A DNA stretch of 64,000 nucleotides. Origin: Orbicella franksi. Lineage: Eukaryota. How positions within the stretch are numbered: position 1 is the first letter of the stretch; each line of letters opens with the position of its first letter. The stretch lies in NCBI GenBank assembly GCA_964199315.1, contig OZ116698.1:42036001-42100000 (forward strand), in the 5' to 3' direction. Made by a program: the position numbers and the translations under genes. Shown here one piece after another: positions 62,946 through 64,000 of this stretch. The notes under the pieces were generated by a model that was not told the origin of the DNA, ran no database searches, and saw only the letters and a program-made list of their open reading frames with translations.

Positions 62946-63053
62946 TAGCCTGAGTATTACGCTTTTCTTACTCGCGGGGTTGGAGGAGGAAACACCCCGG
63001 CAATTTCCCCCTACCCCTCCACTCTTGCTACGAAAGGCCTGATACTCAGGTTA
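62946..63053. mobile_element. 108-bp MITE with TAGCCTG termini (Academ-like ends)
   Basis: TIR TAGCCTGAGTAT / ATACTCAGGTTA. Confidence 0.6.
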
Positions 63054-63068
63054 GCAAAGAAAATACAA

Positions 63069-63273
63069 TCATTTTTTCAGTGGTATGAATATTACTTACA
63101 GTACACGACTGAAACTTAATTCTCCCTTTCACTACATCAGTTTAGTTATGTACTATCATTTTTTCAGTGGTATGAATATTACGTACAGTACACGACTGAA
63201 ACTTAATTCTCCCTTTCACTACATCAGTTTAGTTATGCACTGTAAGTAAAAGATTCATACCACTGAAAAAAGA
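63069..63273. repeat. MITE with an 87-bp tandem duplication of its left part
   Basis: Units 63069-63155 and 63156-63242 are nearly identical. TTTTTTCAGTGGTATGAAT pairs with the terminal ATTCATACCACTGAAAAAA. Confidence 0.8.
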
Positions 63274-63865
63274 TCGTTAACTACACTCTGCCTAGATTTT
63301 TTTCACTTTAACATACTGATGTTCAATAATTATTGAGGTCATCAATCTCGTTTTGAGTGCCGTTTGTATTAAAAGTATTTAAGTGTAAAATTACGGGTGC
63401 TTTTGACAGCCTTTTTCGTTGCTGTGGTAACTGGTTACTGTTCAAAAAGATTATCGTGATGCGATCATATCGATGACTACAGACATTTTATAGGGAAACA
63501 TTTAGTACACGGACTGCGCGGAGGCACTTTCCGATCCTAATAAAGTTCTCTATGGTCTAAGAAGACAGATTAGAACAGGTCTCTGACAGGCTTTCCGTAA
63601 GTTGGAAGAGAAGTGCAGAAAAGGGCGAGCGAGTAAATTAGTGATGCGTGCTGCGGCTCGCACCAAACCCCTTTCTCAATTTTTCGATCGCCGTTTTAAA
63701 TTTCCGAGAATTTTAGGTGGTTCTGTCTTTGTAATTGAGCATAATAGAAATAGATATATTATTTCTCCCTCTTTCATCCTCAGTAGTATCATTGTCCTCA
63801 TCATTTAGTGTTTTTCTGGCTCTGAGGAATTGGTTACCGACCAGAGTACGACAACCCTCCTACAA

Positions 63866-64000
63866 AGTAAATGGTTTGAACCCAGGAGTATCAGTAGTTC
63901 CTACAGTGTGATCGCCCGGGTGAGGGTAATTCTGAAAAGAACTGTTGTTGGTGACTGACATTTCGACAACCTGAGCGGAAGTCATTCATCTTCAGAGTCA
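63866..64000 (-). mobile_element. Penelope-like repeat end with a minimal type I hammerhead ribozyme (truncated by the window edge)
   Basis: Minus strand: UGACU-CUGAAGA-UGAAU-GAC(UUCCGCUCAGGUU)GUC-GAAA-U-GUC-AGUCA. Stem I is UGACU/AGUCA and stem III is loopless (palindrome-type). Confidence 0.65.

Overview
Intron-rich eukaryotic genomic DNA, about 64 kb and AT-rich. The repeat families, gene content and intron density suggest an anthozoan, most likely a stony coral; this taxon call is inference. Four spliced protein-coding genes were rebuilt by hand with GT-AG junctions and consistent exon phases. (1) A 14-exon alpha-N-acetylgalactosaminidase, NAGA/GH27 (-, 801-17071, 411 aa). (2) A head-to-head 6-exon orphan coiled-coil/disordered protein (+, 17265-24495, about 908 aa) sharing a 193-bp bidirectional promoter with NAGA. 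(3) A 2-exon repulsive guidance molecule, RGM (+, 34796-36552, 433 aa). (4) A 12-exon protein disulfide-isomerase, PDIA3/ERp57 (-, 45009-61794, 495 aa, KDEL). The NAGA and PDIA3 introns are packed with MITEs (Tc1/pogo-, Kolobok-, hAT- and Harbinger-like), tRNA-derived SINEs and tandem repeats, while the RGM flanks are repeat-poor. The best second-look items are: a set of unrelated long-palindrome repeats sharing GNA-triloop mini-hairpin apexes; a 90-nt NAGA intron whose in-frame translation resembles the next exon (possible intron birth by tandem duplication); two hammerhead-ribozyme relics, one sense within the NAGA pre-mRNA; a 1.15-kb long-TIR element with an internal spliceosomal-type intron; and an AcademH-like element with a RecQ-helicase relic. 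No CRISPR array, rRNA gene or true tRNA gene was found. All calls are from manual reading; nothing was searched against databases.
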